Of a DNA stretch of 64,000 nt, positions 19,510 to 29,140 are shown piece after piece (positions within the stretch are counted from its first letter, which is position 1; each line of letters begins with the position of its first letter). Origin of the DNA: Alphaproteobacteria bacterium (GTDB lineage: Bacteria; Pseudomonadota; Alphaproteobacteria; SP197); NCBI GenBank assembly GCA_964291415.2, contig OZ219918.1:576001-640000 (forward strand). Direction: 5' to 3'. A program made the translations under genes and the position numbers. A model generated the notes under the pieces. That model worked only from the letters and a program-made list of their open reading frames with translations, ran no database searches and had not been told where the DNA came from.

Positions 19510-20361
19510 TCAGGGGACCTGTAGGACTGTGGTTAGGCTGATGTTGCCGGAGCCTGGTGCGAGGGGCTGCTGCTGGGATGTGTGGGGAGCCCAGGCTGTC
19601 AGGTAGATGATGTCGAAGGTGGCGGGGATTCTCTTCTCGTGGTCTGCGTGGCGGTCCTGGTAGAGGGATGCGGCATGAAGGAAGACGTCCCTGCGGGCAA
19701 AGGCGCGAGGGCGGTCGACGAGGGCATTGCTTTCCCCCATGGCCTTGAGGTCGCGCATGAGGGCGAAGGCGTCGGGGTAGGTCACCGTGATGCGATCGGT
19801 GTCGATGACAGGCAGGGCAAATCCTGCACGTTGCAGGAGGGCGCCGGCATCCCTGACATCGATCATCGGCGAAAGGCGTGGCGAGAGTCCGCCCGTGATG
19901 GCGATCTCGGAGTCTGCCAGTGCGTGTCTCAGTTCCACGAGTGTCTCGCCGCCGAGGAGCGCGGCCAGGAGAAGGCCGTCGGGCTTGAGTGCCATGCGGA
20001 CCTGGATCAGCGTGCCGACGAGATCGTTGACCCAGTGAAGGGCGAGGTTGCTGATGACGGCATCGAGCGAGGAGGGTGCGAAGGAGAGGTGCTCCTCGTC
20101 GACGGCGAGGTGACGGGCGAAGGCGGGCGATAGGTCTGCCTCGACGAGAAAATCCGTCTTGCCCTTGCCGGCAAGGGCCTGACTGACGGCGCCGTGACGG
20201 GCGCCGAGCTCGAGAGCGACGGGAAAGCGTCGCGTGATGTCATCGAGGCGGTCGGCGAGGCGGTCGGCGACGTCGGCGAAGAGGAAGTCCGCCTGCCTGT
20301 TTCCGGCAGCCGCAGCGCGGTGGAGCCGGACCACGCGGCGATCGAATGGACCATCGTTCAT
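19510..20361 (-). CDS. SAM-dependent methyltransferase (NDUFAF5/BioC-like)
   Basis: LELGARHG, DEEHL, LHWVNDL, LKPDGL, GGETLVELR, LLQRAGFALPV.D, DLKAMGE, QQQPLAPGS. Confidence 0.9.
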   Translation of the reverse strand: MNDGPFDRRVVRLHRAAAAGNRQADFLFADVADRLADRLDDITRRFPVALELGARHGAVSQALAGKGKTDFLVEADLSPAFARHLAVDEEHLSFAPSSLDAVISNLALHWVNDLVGTLIQVRMALKPDGLLLAALLGGETLVELRHALADSEIAITGGLSPRLSPMIDVRDAGALLQRAGFALPVIDTDRITVTYPDAFALMRDLKAMGESNALVDRPRAFARRDVFLHAASLYQDRHADHEKRIPATFDIIYLTAWAPHTSQQQPLAPGSGNISLTTVLQVP

Positions 20362-20444
20362 GAGACCCATGGTGACGGGCGCGGCGGGGTGGCACAACCT
20401 GGAGCGGGACTGCTATGGTCGCGCGGGAGATCGTGGGGATCGCC

Positions 20445-20708
20445 ATGGCCGAGGTCGTCGTCTACACGACCATGTTCTGTCCTTACTGTACCGGCGCCCG
20501 GAAACTGCTTCGCTCGCGCGGAATCGTGTTCGAGGAAGTCGACGTGACGATGAACGCCACCAGACGTGCGTCGATGGCCCGCATGGCCGGTGGCCGGCAT
20601 ACCGTGCCGCAGATCTTCATCGACGGAGAGGCGATCGGAGGCTACGACGATCTCGTCCACCTCGAACGCAGCGGCGAACTTTCAGCCAGATTGGGAGACC
20701 GGGCATGA
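20445..20708 (+). CDS. grxC: Glutaredoxin 3
   Basis: YTTMFCPYC, TVPQIFI, IGGYDDL. Confidence 0.93.
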   Translation: MAEVVVYTTMFCPYCTGARKLLRSRGIVFEEVDVTMNATRRASMARMAGGRHTVPQIFIDGEAIGGYDDLVHLERSGELSARLGDRA

Positions 20709-21604
20709 CTCAACTCACCATCGCCTGCGTCCAGGTCAATGCGCAGCTCGACATGGCAGCTAATATCGAGACGGCGTCAGCCCTGGTGCACCAGGCAGCC
20801 GATGCCGGAGCCGACCTCGTCGGTCTTCCGGAGAATGTCGCTCTCATGGCTGCGAGCGAGGAGGAAAGGCTGGAGAACGCCTGGCGTCCCGCCGATCATC
20901 CGGCTCTCATCGCCTTCGCCGACGTCGCCCTGCAACGGGGAATCTGGCTCCAGGCAGGGTCCGTGGCAGCCCTTCGCGAGGACGGCACTCTTGCCAACCA
21001 CGCCTTCCTCTTTGGTCCCGATGGCGAAACCACGGACTACGAGAAGATCCACATGTTCGATGTCGATCTTCCCGACGGATCGCGCTACCGGGAATCGGCC
21101 ATGTTTCATCCAGGCGACACCGCGGTCCTGGCTCCCACACCGTGGGGCCTGCTGGGCATGACGGTCTGCTACGATCTGCGTTTCCCCCATCTCTACCGCG
21201 AACTCTCGAAGGCTGGCGCGGTCATGCTGACGGTCCCGTCGGCCTTCACGAAGGTGACGGGTGACGCCCACTGGGAGGTGTTGCTGCGCGCCCGTGCCAT
21301 CGAATGCGGTGCCTTCGTCTTCGCTCCCTGCCAGACCGGCCACCATCCGGGCAACCGGCGCACCTGTGGTCACTCGCTGATCATCGACCCCTGGGGTGTG
21401 GTTCTCGCCGACGCCGGCACGGACGTCGGGTTCTGCATCGCCGACGTCGACCTCGCCGAGGTGGCGCGAGTCCGTGGCACCATCCCGGCCCTCGAACATG
21501 ACAGGCCCTTTGCGTTCTCAGGTTTCCCGGCGGGCACACAGTCTTTGAAGGGCCGCCGGCCGGGGATCGACGACGACGAGATCCTCGTACGCCAGCACGC
21601 GTAG
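20705..21604 (+). CDS. Carbon-nitrogen hydrolase (Nit1/deaminated glutathione amidase-like)
   Basis: LPEN, YEKIHMFDV, VCYDLRFP, PSAFT..TG.AHWEVLLRARAIE, GHSLIIDPWG; ATGA overlap with grxC. Confidence 0.93.
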   Translation: MTQLTIACVQVNAQLDMAANIETASALVHQAADAGADLVGLPENVALMAASEEERLENAWRPADHPALIAFADVALQRGIWLQAGSVAALREDGTLANHAFLFGPDGETTDYEKIHMFDVDLPDGSRYRESAMFHPGDTAVLAPTPWGLLGMTVCYDLRFPHLYRELSKAGAVMLTVPSAFTKVTGDAHWEVLLRARAIECGAFVFAPCQTGHHPGNRRTCGHSLIIDPWGVVLADAGTDVGFCIADVDLAEVARVRGTIPALEHDRPFAFSGFPAGTQSLKGRRPGIDDDEILVRQHA

Positions 21605-22057
21605 GCTTCCGGCCACCGCCTCGAGAAGTTCTCCCGGTCTGAGGAGAAACGCCGGATTGCGCGGCCGGCCGAAGCGCTCGTTGCCGAGGGCGAAGGTCTC
21701 GTAGATGAGAAGACCGCCCGGGCCGATGTTGGCGACGATGTCCTTCAGTCCCGGACGCCACAGGTAGTTGGTGACGACGACGCCGGAGAAGGTCCGGCCG
21801 GCCAGGGGCCACGCGCCACCACTCTCGAGATCGCATTCCACGATGGTGACCCGTTCATCCCCGGCGAACCGGGCCAGCGGTGCGGTGTCACGATCGAGAG
21901 CGGTGACCCGATGGCCGTGTTCGAGCAGGAGTTCAGTGTGGCGGCCACTGCCGGCGGCGAGGTCGAGCACGTCTCCCTTCGGGGGAAGAAGGGGGAGGAA
22001 GCGCAGAACCCAGTCACTGGCATCGGAGGTGGCCGAATGAGGACGTGGAGTTGTCAT
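21518..22057 (-). CDS. Class I SAM-dependent methyltransferase
   Basis: VLDLAAGSGRH, VVVTNYLWRP, GLLIYETF, GRPRNPAFLLRPGELL. Confidence 0.88.
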   Translation of the reverse strand: MTTPRPHSATSDASDWVLRFLPLLPPKGDVLDLAAGSGRHTELLLEHGHRVTALDRDTAPLARFAGDERVTIVECDLESGGAWPLAGRTFSGVVVTNYLWRPGLKDIVANIGPGGLLIYETFALGNERFGRPRNPAFLLRPGELLEAVAGSLRVLAYEDLVVVDPRPAALQRLCARRET

Positions 22058-22228
22058 CGCGGGCTCCGGCGGAACGAACGGTGAGGCTCACTCCGGTCAA
22101 GATCGACAGGCGTGAGGGAGTGATCGCGAAGGTGTTTGATCGAGGTATTCAAGGGGTGCATGGTTACGATATCCCTTGTTCCGCAGGAATTTGCGCCTAC
22201 ATTTCACGTGACGGTTCAGGGTGTTCTC

Positions 22229-22690
22229 ATGATCGTCTTCGATATCCAGTGCGGCAATGGCCATGTCTTCGAGGGCTGGTTCGCCGATTCGGCATCCTTT
22301 GACGCCCAGGTCAAGGCGAAGGATGTCGCCTGTCCCATGTGCGGCGATACCGCGGTCGAGAAGGCGCTGATGACGCCCAGTGTTGCCGTGGCGCCCCGCA
22401 CCGGTGGTGCGGCGGCGCAAGAACCTCCTGACACCACGACCGTGGCGCTTGCCAAGCAGAAGGAAGAGACCCGGCGGGTGATGGCGATGGCCCGTGCGGT
22501 GAAGGCGCACGTCGAGAAGAACTTCGAGAACGTCGGTCCTCGCTTTGCCGATGAGGCGCGCAAGATTCACTATGGTGATGCGGAAAAGCGCAACATTCAC
22601 GGCGTGGCAACGCCGGTGGAGTCGCAGGAGTTGCGCGAGGAAGGGATCGAGTTCGGCGAACTGCCAGCCTTGCCGGAATTCGACAGCTGA
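22229..22690 (+). CDS. DUF1178 family protein
   Basis: MIVFDIQC..GHVFEGWF, CPMCG, ENVG.RFADEARKIHYG, LREEGI. Confidence 0.9.
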   Translation: MIVFDIQCGNGHVFEGWFADSASFDAQVKAKDVACPMCGDTAVEKALMTPSVAVAPRTGGAAAQEPPDTTTVALAKQKEETRRVMAMARAVKAHVEKNFENVGPRFADEARKIHYGDAEKRNIHGVATPVESQELREEGIEFGELPALPEFDS

Positions 22691-22696
22691 ACCACA

Positions 22697-23926
22697 TCAG
22701 GTTCGCTGGACGACGGCACGGATTCTGGGTTCGGTCAGGACATAGGCCACCAGGAAGGCCATCAGAAGCGAGTTCATGACGAAGGGTCCCGGGGTCCAGA
22801 CCATGTAGAGCGGCATGGCGATCAGCGGGCTCAGCACGTGGCCGGCAGCGCCGGTGCCGATCAGGGTTCCCGCCGCCGTTCCCTGTTCCCGGGGCGAGAC
22901 AGCGAGAGACGCCGCCGTGGCGAACCCGGGGCGCAGCATGGCCATGCCGACACCGAAGAGAATCATGGCGACGACCATGAGCGGGTACGAGTTGGCAACG
23001 AGGATGACGACGAATCCCGACAGGGCCAACGGACCGCCGGTCTTCAGCAGGAAGCCCGGACCCAGATTCAGGCGTGGCACGATGACCATCTGGAAGACGA
23101 GTGCGGCGATGGCCGCCAGCGTCAGGCCGAAACCCACCTTGCGCGCCGCCTCTTCCGGATCGAAGAGCAGCGTGTCCATCATGTAGAAGGCGATGGTTTG
23201 CATCGACGCCGCATGACAGATGCTCATGATCACGCTGCCGATGACGAAGGGCAGGATGCGCCGGTCGAGGAGCGAGATGCGCGGCATCACCTTCCTTGAT
23301 GAAGCGGAAGAGGACTCCGGAAGGTAGAGGGCGATCACCACGAAGCTGCACGCGGCAATGACGGTGACAGCCACCAGCGGGGCCAGCAGGTGAAGACCAA
23401 CCAGGAGTGCTCCCAGACCGGGTCCCAGAACGACTCCGGTGGTAAAGGCCGCGTTGAGCATGGAGATGCCGCCGGTCCTCCTCGACCGGCTGGTCCTGTC
23501 GGCGATGTAGGCCTGTGCCGCCGGGAACGAGCCCGAGCCAAAGACGCCGTTGATGAGACGGGCAGCGATCATCAGCGGAAAGGCGACCATGACCGGCAAC
23601 CAGCCGGCGAGTCCCGACTGGATGGCGAGAATGAAGAGCAGCATGGAGACGGCGTAGGTGCCCACTCCCTGGGTGATGATGGGCTTGCGGCCGACGACAT
23701 CGCTTCGTCGTCCCCAGAACGGGCTCATGGCCGCCCACATGCCCCCGGAGATGGCGAACACCAGGCCGACATGCCACTCCGCGAGCTGCATGGTCCGGGC
23801 AATCGGCGGCAGGACGGAAAAGAGGAGGGACTGCCCGAGCCCGACGCAGACCAGGCTGGCGAAGAGGATGCGAAGGGCGATCCTGTCCTGACCCGGCTGA
23901 CTTCCCTCCGGGGACGGTGACGTCAA
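22697..23926 (-). CDS. MFS transporter (TetA/DHA1-like)
   Basis: Motif A WGRRSDVVGRKP, AQAYIADRT, G..LGPGLG; about 12 TM segments. Probable TTG start at 23926. Confidence 0.88.
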   Translation of the reverse strand: MTSPSPEGSQPGQDRIALRILFASLVCVGLGQSLLFSVLPPIARTMQLAEWHVGLVFAISGGMWAAMSPFWGRRSDVVGRKPIITQGVGTYAVSMLLFILAIQSGLAGWLPVMVAFPLMIAARLINGVFGSGSFPAAQAYIADRTSRSRRTGGISMLNAAFTTGVVLGPGLGALLVGLHLLAPLVAVTVIAACSFVVIALYLPESSSASSRKVMPRISLLDRRILPFVIGSVIMSICHAASMQTIAFYMMDTLLFDPEEAARKVGFGLTLAAIAALVFQMVIVPRLNLGPGFLLKTGGPLALSGFVVILVANSYPLMVVAMILFGVGMAMLRPGFATAASLAVSPREQGTAAGTLIGTGAAGHVLSPLIAMPLYMVWTPGPFVMNSLLMAFLVAYVLTEPRIRAVVQRT

Positions 23927-23942
23927 GATCTGTTCTCGGACC

Positions 23943-25355
23943 TTACAGCGGAGGACGCAGGTGCGCCCAGGGGCGGAGCTTCTCGATGGCAGCGCCGATC
24001 CTGAGGACGGTGAGATCCTCGAAACGTCGCCCGACAATCTGCAATGCGGTCGCCAGTCCGCCCGCGGACATGCCCGAGGGCACCGAGAGCGCCGGGCACT
24101 GGGACACGTTGTTGAAGACGAGAGTCATGTCGTTCGAGAGCATCTTGCCGTCCGGTGTCTCGCCCAGCTGGTCCGCGTCCGAGCCGGTCGCATGGGGCGC
24201 GACCGCCGGCGTTGTCGGGCAGATCAGCGCATCGTGATCGGCAAAGATGTCGCACAGGCGCTGCCATTGCCGGGTCCTGACGAACTCCAGGCGCTTGAAA
24301 CTGATGGCATCCATCCCCCGGGCCGCCTCGAACATGGCGACGATAGTCGGGTCGAGTTCGTCTCGTCTGGTGTCGAGATGCTGCTCGAAGAATGCGGCGA
24401 GGTAGACGTTCCAGTAGTCGAGCCAGGCATCGGCACACTCGCGCCGCCATCCCAGGTCCACTTCCTCGACGATGGCGCCGGCGCTCGCGAGCGCTTCTGC
24501 ACAACGCTCCACGTTGGCCGCCACCTCATCGTCGACGTGATAGAAGCCAAGATCGATATCCATGGCGATCCGCATGCCTTCGACATCGCCTGGCATGGGA
24601 TGGGGAATGTCCAGGGGCGCCGGGTTCGACATGATGTCGAATTCGTCAGGCCCCTGGCAGACGTCAAGAAAGAGGGCCGCATCATCCAGGGTCCGGGCCA
24701 GGGGACCGAAGTGGCTGATGTTGTCGAAGACCGACGCGAGGATGGTCATCGGGATCCGGCCCAGACTCGGCTTGAGGCCGACGATGCCGCAAAAGGCAGC
24801 CGGTATGCGCACCGATCCTCCCATGTCGGAACCCTCGGCCAGTGGCACGCAGCCCGATGCCACCGCCGCGCCCGAGCCACCGGACGAACCGCCCGGGGTA
24901 CGATCCGGATTCCAGGGGTTGCGGGTCACGCCCCACAGCGGGCTGTGGGTGAAGCCGTCGTGGGCGAACTCGGGCGTGGTGGTCTTCCCCACCATGATGG
25001 CGCCGGCGCCAAGAAGATCGCTCACCACCCGGGCATCCCGGTCGGGGACATTGTCGCGGTAGACCCTGCTTCCCAGCGTCGTGGTCTTTCCCGCGGTGGG
25101 CGTGAAATCCTTGATGGCGATCGGCACCCCGTGAAGCGGACCGAGAGATGCGCCCTCCATGACGGCGCGTTCAGCGGCCTTCGCTTTCTCGAGGGCCTCC
25201 TCGGGGTAGGTGAAACAGAAACAGTTGAGTTGCGGATTGATCTCCTCGATGCGCTCGAGGCTGTTGGCGACAACCTCGACCGGCGAGATCTCCCGCGAGG
25301 CGATCTGCCGGGCAAGCGTGACGGCAGGGGTGTAGCAAAGGTCGAGGTTCGCCAT
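23943..25355 (-). CDS. Amidase signature family enzyme
   Basis: GPLHGVPIAIKD, GKTTTPEF, TPGGSSGGSGAAVA, GSDMGGSVRIPA. Confidence 0.94.
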   Translation of the reverse strand: MANLDLCYTPAVTLARQIASREISPVEVVANSLERIEEINPQLNCFCFTYPEEALEKAKAAERAVMEGASLGPLHGVPIAIKDFTPTAGKTTTLGSRVYRDNVPDRDARVVSDLLGAGAIMVGKTTTPEFAHDGFTHSPLWGVTRNPWNPDRTPGGSSGGSGAAVASGCVPLAEGSDMGGSVRIPAAFCGIVGLKPSLGRIPMTILASVFDNISHFGPLARTLDDAALFLDVCQGPDEFDIMSNPAPLDIPHPMPGDVEGMRIAMDIDLGFYHVDDEVAANVERCAEALASAGAIVEEVDLGWRRECADAWLDYWNVYLAAFFEQHLDTRRDELDPTIVAMFEAARGMDAISFKRLEFVRTRQWQRLCDIFADHDALICPTTPAVAPHATGSDADQLGETPDGKMLSNDMTLVFNNVSQCPALSVPSGMSAGGLATALQIVGRRFEDLTVLRIGAAIEKLRPWAHLRPPL

Positions 25356-25521
25356 GGTCATGACTCCGGTCCTGAATGACGCGGGTGCACGACCGGCACG
25401 GGTCACGGTACCGCGCGAGAAGGGGATGGCCTGCAACAAGTCTACACGTGTGACGGCTCCGAATGCCATGGCGTCGCCGGGGCAATCGGTCTAGACAGCC
25501 CCCGATGACGGCAGCAGATCC

Positions 25522-26664
25522 ATGGAATCGGGCACGCTAGACCACTATCACCGCCTCGTTGCCTCCGGCGATCTTGTGCACGACGTGCACCAGGAAAGGG
25601 CGGCACGGCATCTCGAGCAACTCGCGCGGAATCTTGCCCGGACGGGGCGGCGAAGCGTGTTCGACCGCGTTCTCGGACGGCGCCATCCCTCGACCAGAGG
25701 CGTATGGCTCCACGGGGGTGTCGGCACGGGCAAGTCCATGCTCATGGACCTCTTCTTCGAATCCGTCCGGAACCGGAAGAAAGAGCGCCATCATTTTCAT
25801 GCCTTCATGCGCGAGGTGCACGGCACCATCCAGGAGCGGCATCGGTCGTCCGGTGATGCCCATGACACCATTCGCTTTGCTGCCAGGACCCTGGTGGGTG
25901 AGGTGGATCTCCTGTGTCTGGACGAGTTTCACGTCACGGACATCGCTGATGCCATGATCCTCGGCCGGCTGTTCCGGCAGTTTCTCGATCTGGGCACGGT
26001 CATGGTGGCGACGTCGAACGAGCATCCCCGTGATCTCTACCGCGGGGGTATCAACCGCCAGCTCTTCAGCCCCTTCATCGACACGCTCGAAAAGAACCTC
26101 GACATCATCGAGGTCGATGCGGAGCGGGACTACCGACTGGCGTTCCTTGCCAGCACCGGCACCTACATGTCCTCGCACGACGGCGATGCGACGGCGCGTC
26201 TCGATGAAGCCTTTCGCCATCTCGCCGGTGACGCCGATATCGTTCCGCTCGACATTCCCCTTCAGGGACGGGTGCTTCACGTCCCTCGCCAGGCCCGCCA
26301 TGTCGCACGCTTTACCTTCAATGAACTCTGCGGCCGTCCGTTGGCCGCACCTGACTACCTGGCGCTCGCCGGCGCCTTCCATACCGTCATCATCGATGAC
26401 ATTCCGGCCATGACCCCGGCGATGCGCAACGAGGCGCGGCGGTTCATCATCCTGATCGACATCCTCTATGAGGAAAGGGTGGGGTTGTTGTGTTCCGCTG
26501 CCGCACCGCCCGAAGGGCTCTATGCGGGAGGTGACGGCTCCCGGGCGTTCCGCAGAACCGCGTCACGGTTGATGGAGATGCAATCGGCCGAGTATCTCGA
26601 GAGCCGGCGCAGGGTCAGCCAAGCGGCACATCAAGGAACGCCACGAAGGACACCAGGCCAATGA
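25522..26664 (+). CDS. zapE: AFG1/ZapE family ATPase
   Basis: HGGVGTGKSMLMD, HFHAFM, LDEFHVTDIADAMIL, TSN, DYRL, RTASRLMEMQS. Confidence 0.93.
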   Translation: MESGTLDHYHRLVASGDLVHDVHQERAARHLEQLARNLARTGRRSVFDRVLGRRHPSTRGVWLHGGVGTGKSMLMDLFFESVRNRKKERHHFHAFMREVHGTIQERHRSSGDAHDTIRFAARTLVGEVDLLCLDEFHVTDIADAMILGRLFRQFLDLGTVMVATSNEHPRDLYRGGINRQLFSPFIDTLEKNLDIIEVDAERDYRLAFLASTGTYMSSHDGDATARLDEAFRHLAGDADIVPLDIPLQGRVLHVPRQARHVARFTFNELCGRPLAAPDYLALAGAFHTVIIDDIPAMTPAMRNEARRFIILIDILYEERVGLLCSAAAPPEGLYAGGDGSRAFRRTASRLMEMQSAEYLESRRRVSQAAHQGTPRRTPGQ

Positions 26665-27703
26665 GCGTGACGATGATGGCGCCACCAAAGTTGAATCCAT
26701 GGCGCACCAGCAGCGCTCCGGACGATCCGGAGCCTTCGCTTTCCACGAGACGCAGGGCCGTCTGACGGGCGATGATCGCACCCACTCCCAGTGAGCAGAT
26801 GGTGAGGCCTATGCCAAGCGACATGGCCGCCACGAGGATAAAACCCGGATAGATCATGTCGTTGGCAACCGCATAGAGCATGATGAGCACGGCGCCCGGA
26901 CACGGCACCATGCCGGCCGCAATCGCCATCAATCCGCTTTCCGCCTTCGACGCTTCGCTGGCATGGCCATGGCTGTGTGCATGAGCGTGCCCGTGTCCGT
27001 GATTCCCGCTGTGCCCCTGCGCGTGATCATGAGCATGGCCGTGCCCGTGTCCGTGACCATGGCTGTGTCCGCGTTCTTCGGGGTGCGCGTGTCCATGACC
27101 GTGGGCATGCCCTTCCTGAGCGTGACTGTGACCGTGACCGACCTCGGACGGATTGATGTAGCCCAGGGCGGCCCGGAAGGCCTGGTAGAGCATGTAGAGA
27201 CCGATGGCGGCGATGATGAGAAAACTCGCGGCCCTGACGCCGGGAACCTCCGCCAGGCCGACCCCGAATCCGGCTCGCAGGGTGATGTCCGCAAGCCAGA
27301 CAATGACAATTGCGGCGATGACATGAACGATGGCCACCTGGATCGCCATCACGACACCGCGGCCGATCCGGGCGTCACGGCCGAGGAAGTAGGAGACGAT
27401 GATGAACTTGCCGTGTCCCGGGCCGAATGCGTGAAGCACCCCGTAGACGAAGGCAATGGCAAGTCCGAGAAAGAAGGCGCCCAGGCTCTTGCCGCTGTCA
27501 ATGGCGTTCATGTGCCGGGCCACTTCCGCGTTGGCCCGACGCTGAAAGGTGACGATGGCATCCGTCCAGCGTTCCCACAGACCGCCGTCATCCGTCGTCA
27601 TCTCGACGGCGGGAAGCGTCGTCTCTTCCGCATTCACCGCAACCGTGGTGGCGCAGACAACGATCGTCAGAATGCAAAGGACACGTGCCAGGCGTTCTGT
27701 CAT
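26615..27703 (-). CDS. Nickel/cobalt transporter (RcnA-like) with His-rich loop
   Basis: YGVLHAFGPGHGK, GMVPCPGA, AMSLG; loop with 24 His; start at ATG 27703. Confidence 0.9.
   Translation of the reverse strand: MTERLARVLCILTIVVCATTVAVNAEETTLPAVEMTTDDGGLWERWTDAIVTFQRRANAEVARHMNAIDSGKSLGAFFLGLAIAFVYGVLHAFGPGHGKFIIVSYFLGRDARIGRGVVMAIQVAIVHVIAAIVIVWLADITLRAGFGVGLAEVPGVRAASFLIIAAIGLYMLYQAFRAALGYINPSEVGHGHSHAQEGHAHGHGHAHPEERGHSHGHGHGHGHAHDHAQGHSGNHGHGHAHAHSHGHASEASKAESGLMAIAAGMVPCPGAVLIMLYAVANDMIYPGFILVAAMSLGIGLTICSLGVGAIIARQTALRLVESEGSGSSGALLVRHGFNFGGAIIVTLIGLVSFVAFLDVPLG
26961..27140 (-). repeat. Low-complexity (xH)n coding repeat in the RcnA-like loop
   Basis: GHGHSHAQEGHAHGHGHAH...HGHAHAHSHGH; recurring GTGCCCGTGTCCGTGA on the + strand. 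Confidence 0.85.
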
Positions 27704-28269
27704 GACGGATCTCCGCAATGAAGCGTGATGGTTGACGAGTGACTCCCGAATGCGCCCTCTCCAGCCCCTGCCACAAATCGGCATGCCGGATCGACGGGTC
27801 CCTCCACCGTGAGAAAATCGTTCTCGGCAAACGAAAAGTCGAAGAACAGAGAATCGTCGAGAAGCCCGGCGGAGAAGGGCGCCTGGGGATCGTCGAGGAC
27901 GATGGCGAGCCTCAGGCCGAAGTGATCCGGGTCGAACACTGTTTCGACGTGCTGAAGGTGCCAGGAGACCGGTTCGCCGTCGCCGAGAATGGTGAGGTAC
28001 CAGTCCTGTTCTGCCAAGGGGGCGAACAGTCCCTCTTCCTTCGCCTGCGCTTCCTGGCTCGAGACGGTTCCGTCACCATCGGTATCGAAGGTGGTGAAGA
28101 GATAGCTGGAGGCGAAGGGGTCGAATGTCCATTCGAGGGTGAGTCCGGCGACGGAGTGGTCCGCCATCCGGATGTGCCAGTTCGTCGTGACCCAGACATC
28201 CGGGTTGGCCAGAACCGGCGGGCTGGTGACAAGGGCCAGAATGGCCGGCATGAGGAACTTGCGAAGCAT
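27700..28269 (-). CDS. DUF1007-like periplasmic protein
   Basis: Signal peptide, W.FD.F.S, FDTDGDG.VS..E, D..LFFDF, C-terminal Cys pair; ATGA-coupled to the RcnA-like gene, the usual pairing. Confidence 0.78.
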   Translation of the reverse strand: MLRKFLMPAILALVTSPPVLANPDVWVTTNWHIRMADHSVAGLTLEWTFDPFASSYLFTTFDTDGDGTVSSQEAQAKEEGLFAPLAEQDWYLTILGDGEPVSWHLQHVETVFDPDHFGLRLAIVLDDPQAPFSAGLLDDSLFFDFSFAENDFLTVEGPVDPACRFVAGAGEGAFGSHSSTITLHCGDPS

Positions 28270-28305
28270 GGCGCCGCATCCTTGATCCCCTCGCGCACCC
28301 TGAGT

Positions 28306-28338
28306 ATGACATGTCAGTTGACATTTCAAGGATGTCAT
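28306..28338. promoter_or_regulatory. Nested TGACAT/ATGTCA palindromes, candidate operator
   Basis: TGACATGTCA (28307-28316), ATGTCA-GT-TGACAT (28311-28324) and a further ATGTCA (28332-28337), in an AT-rich gap between divergent genes. Confidence 0.55.
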
Positions 28339-29140
28339 GCTGCGCGACATCATCGAGATCTTCCGTTCGCCGGCGCCTGTGCACCTGGGGCCCATGGGCT
28401 ACTTCAGGGAACTTGCCGGCATTGCCCGGCGCGCGGAGGAGTGCCGGGAGGCATGGCGACCCCACCTGGCACGGACCCGGCAGGTGATCGAGCATGCCGC
28501 GCTTGGCTGCAGCCAGCGCGATTCGGTTCTCGTGACCGGCTCCGGACTCCTGCTCGATGTCCCGGTGGAAATGCTGGCCAGCACATTCCGGCGCGTGGTT
28601 CTGGTGGATATCCATCATGGGCGGGCGACCCGCCGGGCCGTGCGCCGCTTTTCAAATGTCGAACTCGTGGCCCTCGACGTCACCGGTGTGGTCAGGGCCT
28701 GCTACCGGTTTTCCCGAACCGGGTGCCTCGGGTCCTTGCCGGAAGGCCGTCCCCCGGCGATCGGCGATGCGCCCTTCGACCTTGCTGTTTCCGTCAATCT
28801 CGCATCCCAGCTTGCGGTCATGCCGCGCCGGTACGTTCTCGGACACTGTCCGACCTTTCCTCCCGATCGCCTGCGCGCGTTCGCCCGGGAGCTGATCTCG
28901 AGTCACATCGACTGGCTCGCCCGGCATGGCGACCGGGTGTGCCTCATCACCGACACCGAACGCCACGAGGACCACTCGGACGGCCGCAAGGTGGTGGTGG
29001 ACCTCCTGGATGGTATCAATCTGGGCGAGCCGGAAGAGAGCTGGACATGGTTCATCGCCCCTGAAGGCAAGGTCTTCAGTGATCGTGCGGTACGCCACCG
29101 CGTGGCGGCATGGCGTGACTACCCATCAGCGTCTCGATGA
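28337..29140 (+). CDS. Hypothetical protein with Rossmann/methyltransferase-like motif
   Basis: VLVTGSGLLLDVP..L...F.RVVLVDI.H, FDLAVSVNL.SQL; long clean ORF. Confidence 0.7.
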   Translation: MLRDIIEIFRSPAPVHLGPMGYFRELAGIARRAEECREAWRPHLARTRQVIEHAALGCSQRDSVLVTGSGLLLDVPVEMLASTFRRVVLVDIHHGRATRRAVRRFSNVELVALDVTGVVRACYRFSRTGCLGSLPEGRPPAIGDAPFDLAVSVNLASQLAVMPRRYVLGHCPTFPPDRLRAFARELISSHIDWLARHGDRVCLITDTERHEDHSDGRKVVVDLLDGINLGEPEESWTWFIAPEGKVFSDRAVRHRVAAWRDYPSASR

